A stretch of 64,000 bases of DNA from the human T2T-CHM13v2.0 reference genome, Homo sapiens, in assembly GCF_009914755.1 (NCBI RefSeq), contig NC_060931.1. One strand, written 5' to 3'. The position numbers and the translations under genes are program-made. Shown here piece after piece: positions 59,289 to 64,000 of this stretch. The notes below the pieces were generated by a model, which did not search any database, was not told the DNA's origin, and was given only the letters and a program-made list of their open reading frames with translations. The stretch's first letter is position 1. Each line of letters begins with the position of its first letter.

Positions 59289-59395
59289 CAATAATTCCCT
59301 CTTATTCATGGGGGATACATTCTAAGACCTCCAGTGTATGCCCAAACCTACAGATAATACCAATACTTACACAGTACATTTTTTCCCTGTGCAAA
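59289..59395. mobile_element. MER44/Tigger7-like terminal fragment
   Basis: 'ccctcttattcatgggggatacattctaagacctccagtgtatgcccaaacc'. Confidence 0.7.
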
Positions 59396-59407
59396 CTATA
59401 CGGCCAC

Positions 59408-59735
59408 ATGAAAACTTCCCCTTCATCCTTTGAAGGTTTGCTAAACATCAACTGACAAAATGCAGATTAACAGGAAAAAGACATATACATTTTATTTTAA
59501 TGTTCACAGCACAGAAGTACACAGGAGAACAATTACCCAACTTCCCAGTGGAATATAGATGTTTATGTACCCTTCTTCATGGCAGAAGGGGAAATGGGGA
59601 AAATGTGGCAATTTGAGAAACACAAAATGAATTTTAGGAGGAAATAAGTGGACTTGGAGAACACACAATGGCCTGGGACAAGGTCTGCTGGGCCCACAGA
59701 GCAGAAAATTGTTTGTGACAAAAGTCTGTCCAGTG
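59408..59735 (-). mobile_element. ERV1-class LTR fragment
   Basis: 'gaaggtttgctaaacatcaactgacaaaatgcagattaacaggaaaaagacatatacattttatt'. Confidence 0.6.
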
Positions 59736-59739
59736 AGTA

Positions 59740-60540
59740 CTGGATTTTGTCAAATGATTGTGCTGCATCTATTGAGATATTCTTAAGTATTTTTTAGATT
59801 GTTAAAATGATGAATTATACTGATTGATTATTTAATGTTAGGCCAACCTTGCATTGCTGACTCTGATATATTGTCTTTATTATTCATATTGTATTCAACT
59901 TGCTAAAGTATTGTTTAGGGCTTTTTTAAAAATTTCTGTTCATGAGACATACGGTCTTTTTTTTCTTTTCTTGTAATATCTATATCGTTTTGGTAGTACA
60001 TTAATTCTAGTCCCATAAGAATTGGGAAGTATTTTCTGTATTTTTATTTTCTGGAACAATTTTTGTAGCATTGGTATGGTTTTTTGTTTGAATGTCTGAT
60101 AGAAATCACTAGTGAAGCCATTTGTTTCTCAAGTTTTCTCTCTGTAATGGCTTTTAAATGCAAGGTCATTTTTTAAAAAGAGATATGAGGGTGTTCAGTA
60201 TACCTATTTCTCCATGAGTAACCTTTAGTAGTTGGTATCTTTCAATAAGTTGGTCGATTTTGTTTAAGTTACTAAATTTATTGTTCCAATAATATCTCCC
60301 TATTGTTCATAATGTCTCCCTATTAAGCTTTTAGTGCCACTGGAAAATAAATTGATAATTTGTGTTTCTTTTTCCAGCCAATCTAAATAAAGGATTAACA
60401 ATTTTATTAATTTTCTGTAATGGGTTTCATTGATTTTCTCTATTATTTTTTGAGTTCTATTTTACTGGTTTATTTTCAAATATTTATTATTTCAACTCTC
60501 CTTACGTTGAGTCTTATTTTTATTTTAATAGTTTCTTTTT
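59740..60540 (-). mobile_element. Old L1M ORF2 fragment
   Basis: 'gattttgtcaaatg...ctgcatctattgagat', 'gaaatcactagtgaagccat'. Confidence 0.8.
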
Positions 60541-60544
60541 GAAT

Positions 60545-61431
60545 TTTTATTTATTTATTTTCTTTAAACAAGAGTATTGCTCTGTTGGCCAGGTTGGAGT
60601 GTTGTCGTGTGATAATGGTGTGCTGCAGCCTCAACCTTCCAGGTTCAAGTGATCCTCCTGAGGTAGATTGGACAGAGTGGTCATACAGCCTTACTTAAAG
60701 GGGAAAACACATGCCAAATGGATGGATAAAACAAACTGCCCAATAACGTACAAACAGCATCATGGACTCATGGTTAGAATGTTCTGCAGCAAAGAAGTAG
60801 AAGAGCAGAAGGAAAAATTCCCAAATTTTTGCAAGTGCAGAAACCTACGATTAGTGTCCTTGGGCTGACCTGTGCTCATTATAATAGTAAAAACACACCC
60901 ACGGTGGAGATTTTAGATGCTAATGAGACATGTGATGTATATACTAGCACGTACAGCCACTCTGCATGCAGGTTTAAGAAACCACCAATAACATGCTGAA
61001 TAGCAACACCCTTTCCCATCCCTTTGTGAATCATCATGTAAAATTCCCATAAAGGGATGTTCTTCAGTGCCATATGGTGCTGTCTCACCAGTTGCACCTG
61101 CTTTGAGCAGCCTGCTCTGATCAGCTCTCAGAGTGCACTTCCACTTTGCAATAAACGTCTTTAATGACTTTCACTTTGGACACACTCTCAAATTATTTTG
61201 TGCAGCCAAATCAAGAACCTGAACTGGCCCACTTGCAACACCACTACCTCAGCCTCCTGAGCGGATGGGAACACAGGCATACACCATCACATCTGGCTAA
61301 TTTAATTTTTTTTTTTTTTTTTTTTTTTTGTAGAGACAGGGTTTCAACATGTTGCCCAGGCTGATCTCTAATACTTGGGCTCAAGTGATCACCTGCCTCA
61401 GCCTCTGAAAGTGAGCCACCATGACTGGCCT
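60545..61431 (-). mobile_element. AluJ split by a solo LTR
   Basis: The right arm stops at 'caagtgatcctcc' (60658) and resumes at 'acctcagcctcctgag' (~61246). Confidence 0.88.
60659..61240 (+). mobile_element. ERV solo LTR (ERV1-like, family not assigned)
   Basis: TG...CA ends, 'cccataaagg' TATA-like box, AATAAA at ~61150, U5-like 'aatcaagaacctgaact'. Confidence 0.75.
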
Positions 61432-63710
<2,279 letters not shown>

Positions 63711-64000
63711 CTTATTTTTCTAGTTTCTTAAGGTGAAAACAAAGGTTATTTATTTGAGAGGTCTTGCTTTTGCCACTGTAAGTATTTATTGTTATAAATA
63801 CACCCTAATAATACTTTACTGGCATACCAAAACGAATGTGTTGTATTTTAATTTTCATTAAGCTAAAATGCATTTCAGTTTCTCTGTTGATATTGTCTTT
63901 GACTTATGAGTTTTTAGAAGAATGGTTTTTTTAAATTTTGATATACTTTTGTTTTTTCTTTTTGTTATTGATAGTCTATTATATTAATAATTTCACTGTG

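Overview
AT-rich, CpG-depleted primate (probably human or great-ape) genomic DNA, read as gene-poor intergenic or deep intronic sequence. Much of it is interspersed repeat: Alu (FLAM, J, S, Y), L1 of several ages, L2, MIR, MaLR/ERV LTRs (a complete MSTA-like provirus, THE1, MLT1, MER50-, MER57- and MER67-like) and DNA transposons (Tigger2, MER5, MER20, MER44, MER47, MER81). I cannot support any protein-coding gene. The supplied ORFs are mostly Alu, L1, MaLR, Tigger or low-complexity translations. The best-supported oddity is a ~350-bp inverted copy of a nearby L1PA 3' end (source 48775-49125, copy 52455-52805). It shares the source's private mutations and has fold-back and stutter junctions, which points to a templated DNA-repair insertion rather than retrotransposition. 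The window also has many short tandem and fold-back duplications, a possible decayed piggyBac-like transposase (31750-32585) and two weak candidate minus-strand non-coding exons. I found no convincing new biological system. Repeat subfamily names come from recalled consensus sequences, and boundaries of old elements are approximate.
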